Source: Candidatus Endomicrobium macrotermitis (GTDB lineage Bacteria > Elusimicrobiota > Endomicrobiia > Endomicrobiales > Endomicrobiaceae). Taken from it: 64,000 bases of DNA. A program made the position numbers and the translations under genes. Shown piece after piece: positions 45,900 through 55,357 of this stretch. Within the stretch, counting starts at the first letter, position 1, and the number at the start of each line of letters is the position of its first letter. The notes under the pieces were generated by a model. That model did no database searches and was not told where the DNA came from. It was given only the letters and a program-made list of their open reading frames with translations. The stretch covers positions 36,149 through 100,148 of the forward strand of contig JAISVT010000039.1 in the NCBI GenBank assembly GCA_031271405.1, read 5' to 3'.

Positions 45900-46946
45900 A
45901 TGAGCGGGACAGTGTCCCAAAAACCGCGTATCGCAATAACTTTAGGCGATCCCGCGGGCATAGGAAGCGAAATAGTTTTAAGGGCTGTAAATTCTTTGGA
46001 AGTCCAAAGGGTTTGCAGCCCTGTCATTTTCGGAGACGAAGCGGCAGTTAAAAATTATGAATTACGAATTACGAATTACGATTTTGTTTCAACTTCGAAT
46101 GTCGGCAAAATAATGCTTTGCAAACCTTCGAAAAAGTCCGGAATAGCGGCTTTTAACGCAATAAAAGCGGCGGTGCAGTTTTGCCTTGACGGCAAAGCCG
46201 GCGCTTTGGTCACGGCTCCGGTATCGAAAGAATCGTTAAAACTTGCCGGAGTCAAATATCCGGGACATACCGAACTTTTGGCGGCTTTGACAAAAAGCCG
46301 CGATGTTGCCATGCTTATGGCATGCGGCGAAATTTTAAGCGTAATGGTAACAAGGCACATACCTCTTTCGCAGGTTTCGAAGAAATTAAAAACCGCAGAT
46401 ATAGTAAAAACGGTCCGTATTGCCGCTGATTTCCTGTCCGTCATTACGACGGGCAAAGCCCCGAAGCAATCCGGGGCGGTTGATTCCGCGCTTCGCTCTT
46501 TAAACTCCAAACTGCCTTTAAAAGTTGCTCTCTGCGCCCTAAACCCTCATGCAGGCGACAACGGCATTTTAGGCAATGAAGAAAAGAAAATAATCTATCC
46601 CGCTTGCGGGCTTTTAAAAAAAATGAAAATAGACGTTTCGGCTCCGATACCGGCGGATTCCGCCTGGCTTAAAACGAAAAACGGCGAATTTGACCTTATA
46701 TGCGGAATGTATCACGATCAAATAATGATACCTCTGAAATGCATAGACGCAAAAAAAATAGTAAACGTCACGGCAGGCCTGCCTTTCGTAAGAACTTCCC
46801 CGGGGCACGGCACGGCGTTTGACATAGCCGGCAAAGGCAAAGCCGATCCGTCGGCTATGATAGAAGCTATACTTTTTGCCGCAAAAGCCGTAAAGAACAA
46901 AGCGCAGATATGCGCGGGCAAAAGGATTTTTAATGGAACTCGTTGA
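45900..46946 (+). CDS. pdxA: 4-hydroxythreonine-4-phosphate dehydrogenase
   Basis: GDPAGIG, TAPVSK, PGHTE, LNPHAG, MYHDQ, RTSPGHGTAFDIAG. Confidence 0.93.
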   Translation: MSGTVSQKPRIAITLGDPAGIGSEIVLRAVNSLEVQRVCSPVIFGDEAAVKNYELRITNYDFVSTSNVGKIMLCKPSKKSGIAAFNAIKAAVQFCLDGKAGALVTAPVSKESLKLAGVKYPGHTELLAALTKSRDVAMLMACGEILSVMVTRHIPLSQVSKKLKTADIVKTVRIAADFLSVITTGKAPKQSGAVDSALRSLNSKLPLKVALCALNPHAGDNGILGNEEKKIIYPACGLLKKMKIDVSAPIPADSAWLKTKNGEFDLICGMYHDQIMIPLKCIDAKKIVNVTAGLPFVRTSPGHGTAFDIAGKGKADPSAMIEAILFAAKAVKNKAQICAGKRIFNGTR

Positions 46947-47376
46947 GTTCTCGCCGGATTTTTTAAATGATATAATAGCCATAGAAAACGAGTCTTTCCC
47001 GAATCCCTGGAAAGAAAAAATGTTTCTCGATTCCGCGGCCAACCGGCTTGTAGAGTTTAAAGTAGCCGTTGAAAACGGAAAAACCGCGGGGTACTGTTTG
47101 TTTTGGGTCGCGGGAGACCAGTCCGAAATATTAAGCATTGCCGTTTCTTTGCAGTTCAGGCGTCGATCTTTCGCGAAACAAATGCTTGAATATATAATCG
47201 GGCGTTCAAAAGAAAAAGGCGCGCAGTGCGTTTTTCTTGATGTCAGGGCGGGAAATGCCGCGGCGGTCAAGCTGTACGATTCTTTCGGTTTTGAAAAAAC
47301 CGGCATCAGAAAAAAATATTATCCGGGCGCGGGCGGCGGCGAAGACGCGTTAATTTTAAGGAAAAAATTGAAATGA
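46933..47376 (+). CDS. rimI: RimI-like GNAT acetyltransferase
   Basis: IENESFPNPW, EILSIAV, LDVRAGN..A..LY..FGF...G.RKKYY, EDALI. Confidence 0.9.
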   Translation: MELVEFSPDFLNDIIAIENESFPNPWKEKMFLDSAANRLVEFKVAVENGKTAGYCLFWVAGDQSEILSIAVSLQFRRRSFAKQMLEYIIGRSKEKGAQCVFLDVRAGNAAAVKLYDSFGFEKTGIRKKYYPGAGGGEDALILRKKLK

Positions 47377-49568
47377 AAAAAAGCATAGCTTTAGCTTTAG
47401 GGTTTATATTTTTTGCGCAAAGCGCGGCGTTTGCGTCTAATTTCGAAGCGTATAAGTCTTACCTTAAAGGCGTTTTGGCTTTGAAAGACGGAGAAATCGA
47501 GGAAGCCAGAAAAGAATACGAAAAAACGGTTTCTTCGGATGAGCGGGCTTTGGCTGTGTCCAAAGATTTGGTTTATATGTACTGGCAGGCCGGAAATAAA
47601 GACAAGGCTTTTCAAACCGCGGAAAAAATAGAAAAAGCTGACGGAAACAATCCCCAGACGTCGATTTTTCTGGGCGTGTTTTATCTTGTCGCAAACGAAC
47701 CCGACAAAGCCAAACGGCATTGGCAGGAAACCCTGCGCCTTGACCCGGAAAACGAAACCGCTACGGCTTACCTTGCCGCCTATTATTATTCGGACAACAA
47801 ACTGAAGGAGTCAGCCGAATACTGGAACAAATTTTTAGCCCGGCAGCCGGATTCGGCCTCGGGCTATCTGCAGCTTGCTTTGGTTCAGGAAAAACTGGGC
47901 AAAACCGAAGAGGCTTTGAAATCTTTCGACAAAGTCATATCTTTAAAACCCGAAGCGAGGGAAGCTTACCTTTCTAAAGCGAGAATATACGAAACGAATA
48001 AGCAATACGACTCGGCGATCAAAGAGTATGAAGAGTATGTAAAATTTTTCCCGGACAATATTTACGTTTTGATGTATCTGGGGAAATGTTATTTTGATAA
48101 GGGCGATTATCCGTCAGCCGAAAAAATATTTTTAAAAACGAAAAAAGCGCTTGGTTCCGATATAACATCAAGCTATTGGCTGGGAGTCGCATACGAAAAA
48201 TCCGGAAAAATAGACAAAGCGGCCGCGGAATTCGAAGACGTGTATAAGAAAGAAAAGGGTATCGAGATACTTGCGCGTCTGGGCTATTATTACTCGCTTC
48301 TTAAAGATTACTCGAAAGCCGACAGGGAGTTCAAATCCGCTTTGGACGAAGAACCGTTCAACCACGAGCTTTTGTACCTGAGGGCGTTAAATTATATGGA
48401 TTGGGAAAGGTACGATAATGCCGTCCGGTACTTTATAAAAACAATCGAATTAAAGCCCGATTTTGCCGACGCGTATTTCTTTTTGGGTTCCGCACATGAA
48501 AAAAACGGACATTTTGACAATGCCGAAAAAGCGTTTTTACAGGCTTTAGAAATAGATCCCGACCACACAAGAGCATTGAATTATCTGGGATATATGTATG
48601 CGGACAGAGACATAAAGCACGAAGAGGCCGAACGGTATTTGACAAGGGCGCTGACTCTTGAGCCGCAAAACGGCGCGTATCAGGATTCGCTCGGCTGGCT
48701 TTATTACAGACAGGGCAAATACGAAAGCGCCGCGCAGGTTTTGCTGTCCGCGTCAACACTTACCAGAGACCCTCTGGTTTACGACCATTTAGGCGATGTC
48801 TATGTGGCGCTCGGCAGGATAGGCGACGCATGGGTGGCGTACGCTTTGTCTTACGATATAAAAGCCGACAAAAACGTTAAAAAGAAACTCAATATGACGC
48901 AGGAGAATATTCCGAAAGACGAGCTGTATAAGCAGATGCTTTTAAGAAGCGAAAGCAATTATCTTAAATTGTTTTCTTTTAAAACCGGCTTTGTTTCAAA
49001 ATTCAGTTCCGGAGTTTTGAGTTTAAAAACCTACATCCCTTTCAATTATGTTAAAAATGAAGGCATAAGCCTGGAAATTCCCGGAAGGTTTATTCCGGGC
49101 GGGGCGGCAGCGTATATGGAAAACGGCGAAGTGTCGTATATGCCTAAAGCCGTAGGGGATTCCGTGCCCGCCGAAATGGCGGAAATGATAGATTTTGCCG
49201 CGTCCGTTTTTAATAAAGATTTTTACGGACATTTCGCCGACGCGCAAATCGAACATAAAGGCAAAAGAATCATTTACTCGGCGGCTGACGGTTCGCAGCT
49301 GGTTTTAAACTCCGAAAACGCTTTGATAGAAAAAATCTCGAAAAACGGCATAACCGTAAAGATTTCCGAATATAAAAGTTTCGCGGTTTCCAAACTTCCG
49401 TCAAAAATTACGGTCAAATCCGAAAATTTGAAAGTGAAAGCTGCTTTTGAAGCCGGAAAATTTTCTTTTTCGGACAAAACACATATAAAAGGCATCGCAT
49501 TGCCGGCGGCTGAACCGCCGCAGGCGGAAGAAAATGAACCTGACAATAAAGACTCCGGCAAAAATTAA
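47373..49568 (+). CDS. Exported TPR protein with C-terminal LolB/LolA-like beta domain
   Basis: Signal peptide; TPRs incl. ALNYLGYMYAD and YQDSLGWLYY..G; beta-rich C-terminus. Confidence 0.85.
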   Translation: MKKSIALALGFIFFAQSAAFASNFEAYKSYLKGVLALKDGEIEEARKEYEKTVSSDERALAVSKDLVYMYWQAGNKDKAFQTAEKIEKADGNNPQTSIFLGVFYLVANEPDKAKRHWQETLRLDPENETATAYLAAYYYSDNKLKESAEYWNKFLARQPDSASGYLQLALVQEKLGKTEEALKSFDKVISLKPEAREAYLSKARIYETNKQYDSAIKEYEEYVKFFPDNIYVLMYLGKCYFDKGDYPSAEKIFLKTKKALGSDITSSYWLGVAYEKSGKIDKAAAEFEDVYKKEKGIEILARLGYYYSLLKDYSKADREFKSALDEEPFNHELLYLRALNYMDWERYDNAVRYFIKTIELKPDFADAYFFLGSAHEKNGHFDNAEKAFLQALEIDPDHTRALNYLGYMYADRDIKHEEAERYLTRALTLEPQNGAYQDSLGWLYYRQGKYESAAQVLLSASTLTRDPLVYDHLGDVYVALGRIGDAWVAYALSYDIKADKNVKKKLNMTQENIPKDELYKQMLLRSESNYLKLFSFKTGFVSKFSSGVLSLKTYIPFNYVKNEGISLEIPGRFIPGGAAAYMENGEVSYMPKAVGDSVPAEMAEMIDFAASVFNKDFYGHFADAQIEHKGKRIIYSAADGSQLVLNSENALIEKISKNGITVKISEYKSFAVSKLPSKITVKSENLKVKAAFEAGKFSFSDKTHIKGIALPAAEPPQAEENEPDNKDSGKN

Positions 49569-50553
49569 TTTATTTCTTGAAATAACGGAAAAAAGGCCTG
49601 ACGGTTACCATAACCTGGAATCTATAATGCAAACCGTAGGCCTCTGCGACGAATTGTCCTTTGAACCGGCGGAAAAAGACATAGCGTTATCCGTCATCGG
49701 CTCCGGACGGAATCCGGGTTCGCCCGTCATTCCCGAAATTCACGGCCGTGAATCTGCCGTTAACTCAATTGCATCTCTTCCAACGGAACAAAACATCGTT
49801 TTCAAAGCAGCCAAGGCCTTAAAAGAAAACTTCAACGTACAAAAAGGCATAAAAATAACTTTAAAGAAAAACATACCTTCCGGCGCAGGTCTCGGCGGCG
49901 GCTCTTCGGACGCCGCGGCAACTGTCAATGCTCTTGTAAAACTTTGGGGCATAAAAGCCGAAAAGTCCGAACTTAATAAAATCGCCTCAAAACTCGGCGC
50001 CGACGTCCCGTTTTTCCTTACGGGCGGCACCGCATTGTGCGAAGGGATAGGAGACATTGTCTCGCCGTTGGCGGGACGGAGCGGAGAGTTAAGAGTGAAG
50101 AGTGAAAATAAATATGCCGCTGCGGGCGGAATTGAAAATTCCGCGGAGCAATCCGATGTTGCCGGTTCCGCGCTACGCGCTTCAAACTTCAAACTGAATG
50201 CGGTTCTCGTAAATCCCGGCTTCGGCGTTCCGACGCCGTCGGTGTATAAAAAGGTCAAACTCCCGTTTACAAATACGCGTAAAATTGATAAAATCAAAAA
50301 CCTGATTGAAAAAGGTTCTTTCAACGCCGAAAGCGCAAAAGAAGTATGTTTTAACAGGCTCGAAGACTTCGTCTTCGGCGATTATCCCGAGATAAAAAAA
50401 ATAAAAGATATTTTGGCGTCTTTGGGCTGCGCGAGCCTTATGTCCGGCTCCGGCGCAACGGTTTTCGGCATATACGATAAGCCGGTTGAGCAAAAAATCA
50501 AAGCCGGACTTGAAAAACATAATTGGAACTTTTGGTTTACGGAAACAATATAA
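49534..50553 (+). CDS. ispE: 4-diphosphocytidyl-2-C-methyl-D-erythritol kinase
   Basis: PAKINLFL, DGYHNLES, KNIPSGAGLGGGSSDAA, LGADVPFF, MSGSGATVF; two non-canonical insertions. Confidence 0.95.
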   Translation: MNLTIKTPAKINLFLEITEKRPDGYHNLESIMQTVGLCDELSFEPAEKDIALSVIGSGRNPGSPVIPEIHGRESAVNSIASLPTEQNIVFKAAKALKENFNVQKGIKITLKKNIPSGAGLGGGSSDAAATVNALVKLWGIKAEKSELNKIASKLGADVPFFLTGGTALCEGIGDIVSPLAGRSGELRVKSENKYAAAGGIENSAEQSDVAGSALRASNFKLNAVLVNPGFGVPTPSVYKKVKLPFTNTRKIDKIKNLIEKGSFNAESAKEVCFNRLEDFVFGDYPEIKKIKDILASLGCASLMSGSGATVFGIYDKPVEQKIKAGLEKHNWNFWFTETI

Positions 50554-50605
50554 TCGGTTTGTCCGTCATTTCCGAGCGTATCCCGCTTTTAACCCCTATG
50601 TCAAT

Positions 50606-50676
50606 TCCGGGATGGTGTAATGGTAGCACAAGGGATTTTGGATCCCTTTGTCTAGGTTCGAATCCTAGTCCCGGAG
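50606..50676 (+). tRNA. tRNA-Gln (anticodon TTG), no encoded CCA
   Basis: tccggga/tcccgga acceptor stem, D-arm ggtgtaatggtagcac, anticodon arm aggga-ttttgga-tccct, T-loop ggttcgaatcc. Confidence 0.95.
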
Positions 50677-50694
50677 TATCCTTTTTTGCTTTGC

Positions 50695-50919
50695 CTTTGA
50701 AGTTTTTACTTCCTTTTTACCGGGAGTTCAAACTTCCAAACAGTTTTCAATATAATACTAATCCGAATTATGCCATTACGCGCATTAGTAAGGTCTGTCA
50801 ATCCTGCGCGGCAGCCGCAGGATCTATAAATAACGCCTTTCCAATAGACCCTGCGACGGACGATTGCCCCCGCTGTCAATGGATAGCCATGATACTGATA
50901 ATAGATGTATGCGGCAATT
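50695..50919. repeat. Direct repeat copy 1 (palindromic atcctgcg..cgcaggat core)
   Basis: 50796-50919 matches 52709-52831 with about 6 differences; upstream 24-mer ctttgaagtttttacttccttttt also shared. Confidence 0.9.
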
Positions 50920-51099
50920 TTATGCCGTAAATGCCGCGTTTCAACAAAGTCCAAAAACTTATTAAGTTCGTTAAAAATGTAAAACAGTTCTAATTTCTTT
51001 AAACTTAAGAACTAAAATATAAAAATTGTTCTTATCTGGTTGTAAAATAGAACAAAATATGCTAATTTGTTCTTATCTTTTTATGAAAAGGAACAAATT

Positions 51100-52254
51100 A
51101 TGAAGAATTTAATAGGAACTTACCGCTTGCAGCCGGAAAGATTTATGGCTTTTATCCCAAATCCATTTCCTCCTAAACTTGATAATCTTCCGATTACAAT
51201 TATACAAAAACATACTGAAGCAGTTCGTCTTTTAGGTAAACTTGACGGAATAACGCAAATTTTACCGGATAAAGACTGCTTTTTAGAGATGTTTGTCCGC
51301 AAGGACGCTTCCAGTTCAAGCCAAATAGAAGGAACAAGAGCAACAATGATAGATGCCATTGAGGCACTTAACGTTGACAAGAGCAGTAATATACCTTCGG
51401 ATGTTGACGATATTTTGCACTATATAGATGCTTTAAATTACGGTTTAACACGCGCTGTTGATTTTCCGTTTACTTTGCGCTTTATAAAAGAACTTCATTC
51501 AAAACTTATGGTAGGCGCGCGTTCAACTCATCATGCTTATCCCGGAGAGTTTAGAAGCACTCAAAATTGGATTGGCGGAACGCGTCCCGATAACGCCCGT
51601 TTCGTGCCGCCGCCGGTGAGCGAAATGGTTTCGGCAATGAATGATTTTGAAAATTTTATACATGACGATAAAGATTTTATGCCTCTGATAAAGGCGGCAT
51701 TGCTGCACGCGCAATTTGAAACTATCCATCCCTTTGTAGATGGAAACGGCAGGACGGGCAGAATGATTGTAACTATGTATTTGTGGCATAAAAATTTTTT
51801 GGAATCGCCGGTTTTATATTTATCTGCATACTTTAAGCGCCACCAAGAAATTTATTATGAAAAGTTAGATAGTTATCACAATGATAAAAGCGATGTTTCC
51901 GGTTGGATTGATTTCTTTTTAGACGGGATAATTGATATTGCAAAAGAATCCATAGCAACTTGCCGTGAAATAATGTCTTTGCGGGAACAAGATATGCACA
52001 AACTGGCAAGCCTCGGTAAAGGGTCTGCCGAAAGCACAATGAAAGTTCTCAAAGAATTATATAGAATACCTACGGTAGGCGTTTCCGATATAGCAAAATG
52101 GACGGGGTTTACACAGCGCGGGGCAGATAAAGTTATTGAACGGTTGGAAAAAATGGGTATTTTAGAACCGCTTAATCCAAATGAAAACTATGCACGGAAA
52201 TTTATTTATAAAAAATACGTAAATTTGTTTTTTGATAAAAATAATACGCGTTAA
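51100..52254 (+). CDS. Fic family protein with N-terminal inhibitory motif
   Basis: HPFVDGNGRTGR; SSQIEG; C-terminal wHTH-like region. Confidence 0.92.
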   Translation: MKNLIGTYRLQPERFMAFIPNPFPPKLDNLPITIIQKHTEAVRLLGKLDGITQILPDKDCFLEMFVRKDASSSSQIEGTRATMIDAIEALNVDKSSNIPSDVDDILHYIDALNYGLTRAVDFPFTLRFIKELHSKLMVGARSTHHAYPGEFRSTQNWIGGTRPDNARFVPPPVSEMVSAMNDFENFIHDDKDFMPLIKAALLHAQFETIHPFVDGNGRTGRMIVTMYLWHKNFLESPVLYLSAYFKRHQEIYYEKLDSYHNDKSDVSGWIDFFLDGIIDIAKESIATCREIMSLREQDMHKLASLGKGSAESTMKVLKELYRIPTVGVSDIAKWTGFTQRGADKVIERLEKMGILEPLNPNENYARKFIYKKYVNLFFDKNNTR

Positions 52255-52309
52255 AAAGTTTTCGGTTATGATCGTGCCCAAGAGGAAGAAAAGTAAAAAG
52301 GAGATACTT

Positions 52310-52645
52310 ATGAGCAACAGAGCTTACTGCGGTCTTGACTGCGATAGCTGCGACGCATTTATCGCGACAAAAAACAATGACGACGCGCTGCGCGAAAAAA
52401 CGGCAAAAAGCTGGAGCGCTATGAACAATGTTGAAATTAAGCCCGAACATATAAACTGTACGGGCTGCAAATCTGACGGCGTGAAAACTTTTTTCTGCTC
52501 AAATCTCTGCGAAATAAGGAAGTGCAATATAGAAAGAAAAGCCGACAACTGCTCTTCCTGTGACAAATACCCCTGCGAGCCCGAAAATAACGTAGTAACA
52601 AGTTCTAAAGACGCCAAAGATTTTATAGAGTCTTTAAAGAAATAA
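52310..52645 (+). CDS. DUF3795-like Cys-rich protein
   Basis: AYCGLDCDSC, CTGC, CEIRKC, CSSC..YPC; SD aaggag. Confidence 0.8.
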   Translation: MSNRAYCGLDCDSCDAFIATKNNDDALREKTAKSWSAMNNVEIKPEHINCTGCKSDGVKTFFCSNLCEIRKCNIERKADNCSSCDKYPCEPENNVVTSSKDAKDFIESLKK

Positions 52646-52665
52646 ACCTGTAAAAATCTTATCCG

Positions 52666-52831
52666 CTTTGAAGTTTTTACTTCCTTTTTGCAAATATGCG
52701 TATTAGCATGTCATCCTGCGCGGCAGTCGCAGGATCTATAAATAACGCCTTTCCCATAGACCCTGCGATGGACGATTGTCCCCGCTGTCAATGGATAGCC
52801 ATGATACTGATAATAGGTGTATGCGGCAATT
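52666..52831. repeat. Direct repeat copy 2
   Basis: See copy 1. Confidence 0.9.
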
Positions 52832-52915
52832 CGTCAAAAAGAGTCCCGACCACGCGGTTATATCGGAATCCGTCAAGCAAAATTTCGGCTGTCCGTATAG
52901 TTCATTTTTTCGTTT

Positions 52916-53536
52916 TTACACTTTCAAAAAAATGCCTGTTTCAAACATTATCTTTAAGAAATCGGGGACAGTTTCTCGGCGGTTCCAGTCGCGCTGCAAT
53001 TCGCAGGCAAGCTGTGGTATGCTTATAAGGTTTGCTCCGGCTTGTTCTACTCTGCGCAGAGCGGTTTCGTGCGCAAGTACGGATGTTCCGCCTACGGCGT
53101 CAACTACGGGATAAACTTCATAGCCTTCTTTTAACGCGTCAAGCGTAGGGAAGGTAAGGCAGGCTTCCGTCCATAATGCGGTCATTATGAGTTTTTTGCG
53201 TTCCGTAGCTTTTACCGCTGCGTAAAATTCTTTGTCTTCCCACGCGTTGATGGAAGTCCTGTCATAAGATGGGATGTTTCCGAGTACGGCTTTTAAATCG
53301 GTTACGGTCTCTTTATTGTTTCCGGTTTGAACGTTCACGGTCGATAATACCACCGGCAGTTTGAACGCTTTTGCGATTTCTGCCACTGCGATGATATTCT
53401 TGAGAAGCTGAAATCTGTCCATCGAATTGATGGACTGTACTTGCGTAGGCTGGTAATCGATGATAATCAAGGCGCTGTTTTGCGGAGTTAACAAATGGTC
53501 TTTCTTTGAGTCCCTTACAGGCGAGATGCTTGTCAT
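52916..53536 (-). CDS. Isochorismatase/cysteine hydrolase family (YcaC-like)
   Basis: LIIIDYQP, DRTSINAW, ALWTEAC, VVDAVGG. Confidence 0.9.
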   Translation of the reverse strand: MTSISPVRDSKKDHLLTPQNSALIIIDYQPTQVQSINSMDRFQLLKNIIAVAEIAKAFKLPVVLSTVNVQTGNNKETVTDLKAVLGNIPSYDRTSINAWEDKEFYAAVKATERKKLIMTALWTEACLTFPTLDALKEGYEVYPVVDAVGGTSVLAHETALRRVEQAGANLISIPQLACELQRDWNRRETVPDFLKIMFETGIFLKV

Positions 53537-53704
53537 GCTATCCTCCTTTAGGCAACTGCTATGTTATACATCATAATACTTTTAGAAAGGAAAGTCATCT
53601 TAACAAGCACAAGAAATTAAAAACCGTGCATTTGACACGCTACCCGCATTATTGTTTAATTGCAATATCGGCAGTCAATTTTGTATTTCCGGATAAATAA
53701 AATT

Positions 53705-54751
53705 ATGAATGAAATATTTTTAATAATCATAGTTGTCTGCGTATTCGTTCTGCCGTTTTTTGTAAGAAAAATAGAAGAAAACCTTGAAATATTCTTATTT
53801 GTCTGCGGCGTTTTGGCGGCGACCGCCGCTTCTTTGTGGAGCAAAGAGTTAATTATAAGCGCTTTGGAAGCGCCCGTGCATATTTGCATAGTGCTGTTTT
53901 TTGTCAGCATTATATTTAAGCAATTTCACGGCTCTATATGCGCTTTGGCGGATTTTGCCGGCGAAAAGTGCGGCATAGCGGTAACGCTTGCGCTTATAGT
54001 GATAGTTTTAGGATTTTTATCAAGCGTCATAACGGCAATAGTGGCGGCTCTTATATTAAGCGAAATAGCAAGTATTTTGTGCATTACGCGCCGGGACCGC
54101 ATAAAACTTATAGTTTACAGCTGCTTTGCAATCGGCGCCGGCGCCGTGCTTTTGCCGGTAGGCGAGCCGCTCAGCACGATAACGATTTCTAAACTCGCCG
54201 AACCCCCGCACAACGCGGACGCTTTCTTTTTGCTGAAACTTTTGTGGCCTTATACCGTTTCAATCATACTGATAATGGCTTTTCTTGCCTATAAAATAGC
54301 CGATAAACCGACCGAGGGACCGACCTGCGAATTGGTACGCGGGATACACTCTTTCAAAGAAATTATAACCCGCACTTTAAGGGTGTATGTGTTTATTCTG
54401 GCGTTGGTTTTTTTAGGCGAAGCGCTGCAGCCGCTGGCTTCAAGATTTATTGTTTTTCTGTCGGCGCCGGTAATTTACTGGGTCAACCTTGTTGCGGCCG
54501 TTCTTGACAATGCCACGGTAGCGGCGATTGTCGTGGTGCCCGAAATGTCAAGGCAGTCTTTAACATATTTGCTTGTAAGCTTAATTGTCGGCGGCGGTAT
54601 GCTTGTGCCGGGCAATATCCCCAACATTATTTCCGCCTCAAAACTGCGCATAAAAAGCAAAGAATGGGCAAAAATAGCCATACCGCTCGGCATGATATTG
54701 TTTGTTTTGTATTTTGTAGCGCTGACAGTATGCTACGGTTTTTTTAATTAA
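53705..54751 (+). CDS. DUF1646 family membrane protein (putative transporter)
   Basis: IEENLEIFLF, PVGEPLSTI, DNAT, GGMLVPGNIPNIISA.KL...SKEWA. Confidence 0.8.
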   Translation: MNEIFLIIIVVCVFVLPFFVRKIEENLEIFLFVCGVLAATAASLWSKELIISALEAPVHICIVLFFVSIIFKQFHGSICALADFAGEKCGIAVTLALIVIVLGFLSSVITAIVAALILSEIASILCITRRDRIKLIVYSCFAIGAGAVLLPVGEPLSTITISKLAEPPHNADAFFLLKLLWPYTVSIILIMAFLAYKIADKPTEGPTCELVRGIHSFKEIITRTLRVYVFILALVFLGEALQPLASRFIVFLSAPVIYWVNLVAAVLDNATVAAIVVVPEMSRQSLTYLLVSLIVGGGMLVPGNIPNIISASKLRIKSKEWAKIAIPLGMILFVLYFVALTVCYGFFN

Positions 54752-54761
54752 AATACCGTAT

Positions 54762-55325
54762 TTATAGTTTGACGTCCGCGGGTTTTACGGCTGCTTCCTT
54801 TTCGTTTTCGGAAAGCTCGAAGAAAGGCTGTTTGGCGAAATTAAACATCTTCGCTATTATATTGCCCGGAAACTGCTCTCTTTTTGTATTAAAAATTAAA
54901 ACGTTAGCATTATAAAAACGCCTTGCCTTTTGGATTTTATCTTCCGTTTCCGTTAAATCTTCATGCAATTTCAAAAAGTTCTGATTTGCTTTGAGTTCGG
55001 GATACGCTTCCTGAAGCGCAAATAAGTTTTTTAAAACGCCGCTCAACGCATTTTCGTCTTCGGCTGTTTTTGCCACGCTGTTGTGTTCGGCCATGGCCGC
55101 GCTTCTTGCTTTTGTAACTTTTTCGAAAGTTTCAGCTTCATGGGATGCGTAGCCTTTAACAGTTTCTACAAGATTGGGTATTAAATCATATCGCCTTTTT
55201 AAGTGGGTATCTATATCGCTCCATGCTTCGGCAGTCTTGTTTTTAAGGCTGACAAATTTATTGTACGCCAGCATTACATATAATGCGCATACGGCAATAA
55301 CCGCAAAAATTATCGTTGTTATCAT
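54762..55325 (-). CDS. lemA: LemA family protein
   Basis: AWSDID..LKRRYDLIPNLVETVKGYA.HE, EAYPELKA, TEDKI..ARRFYN. Confidence 0.95.
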   Translation of the reverse strand: MITTIIFAVIAVCALYVMLAYNKFVSLKNKTAEAWSDIDTHLKRRYDLIPNLVETVKGYASHEAETFEKVTKARSAAMAEHNSVAKTAEDENALSGVLKNLFALQEAYPELKANQNFLKLHEDLTETEDKIQKARRFYNANVLIFNTKREQFPGNIIAKMFNFAKQPFFELSENEKEAAVKPADVKL

Positions 55326-55357
55326 TTTAAAAAGCTCCTTGCATATAGTGCCGCGTA

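Noticed and set aside
44866-45936. 356-aa antisense ORF (also 28639-29304, 30400-31179, 40722-41348 and other minus-strand ORFs under long genes)
   Set aside because: Shadow frames of well-supported genes; no recognisable motifs or SD.
50606-50676. tRNA lacking CCA as something unusual
   Set aside because: Common in bacteria, and a cca-family gene is present in the window.
50706-50954. Minus-strand ORF across the direct repeat as a transposase remnant
   Set aside because: No HUH, DDE or GIY-YIG motifs visible.
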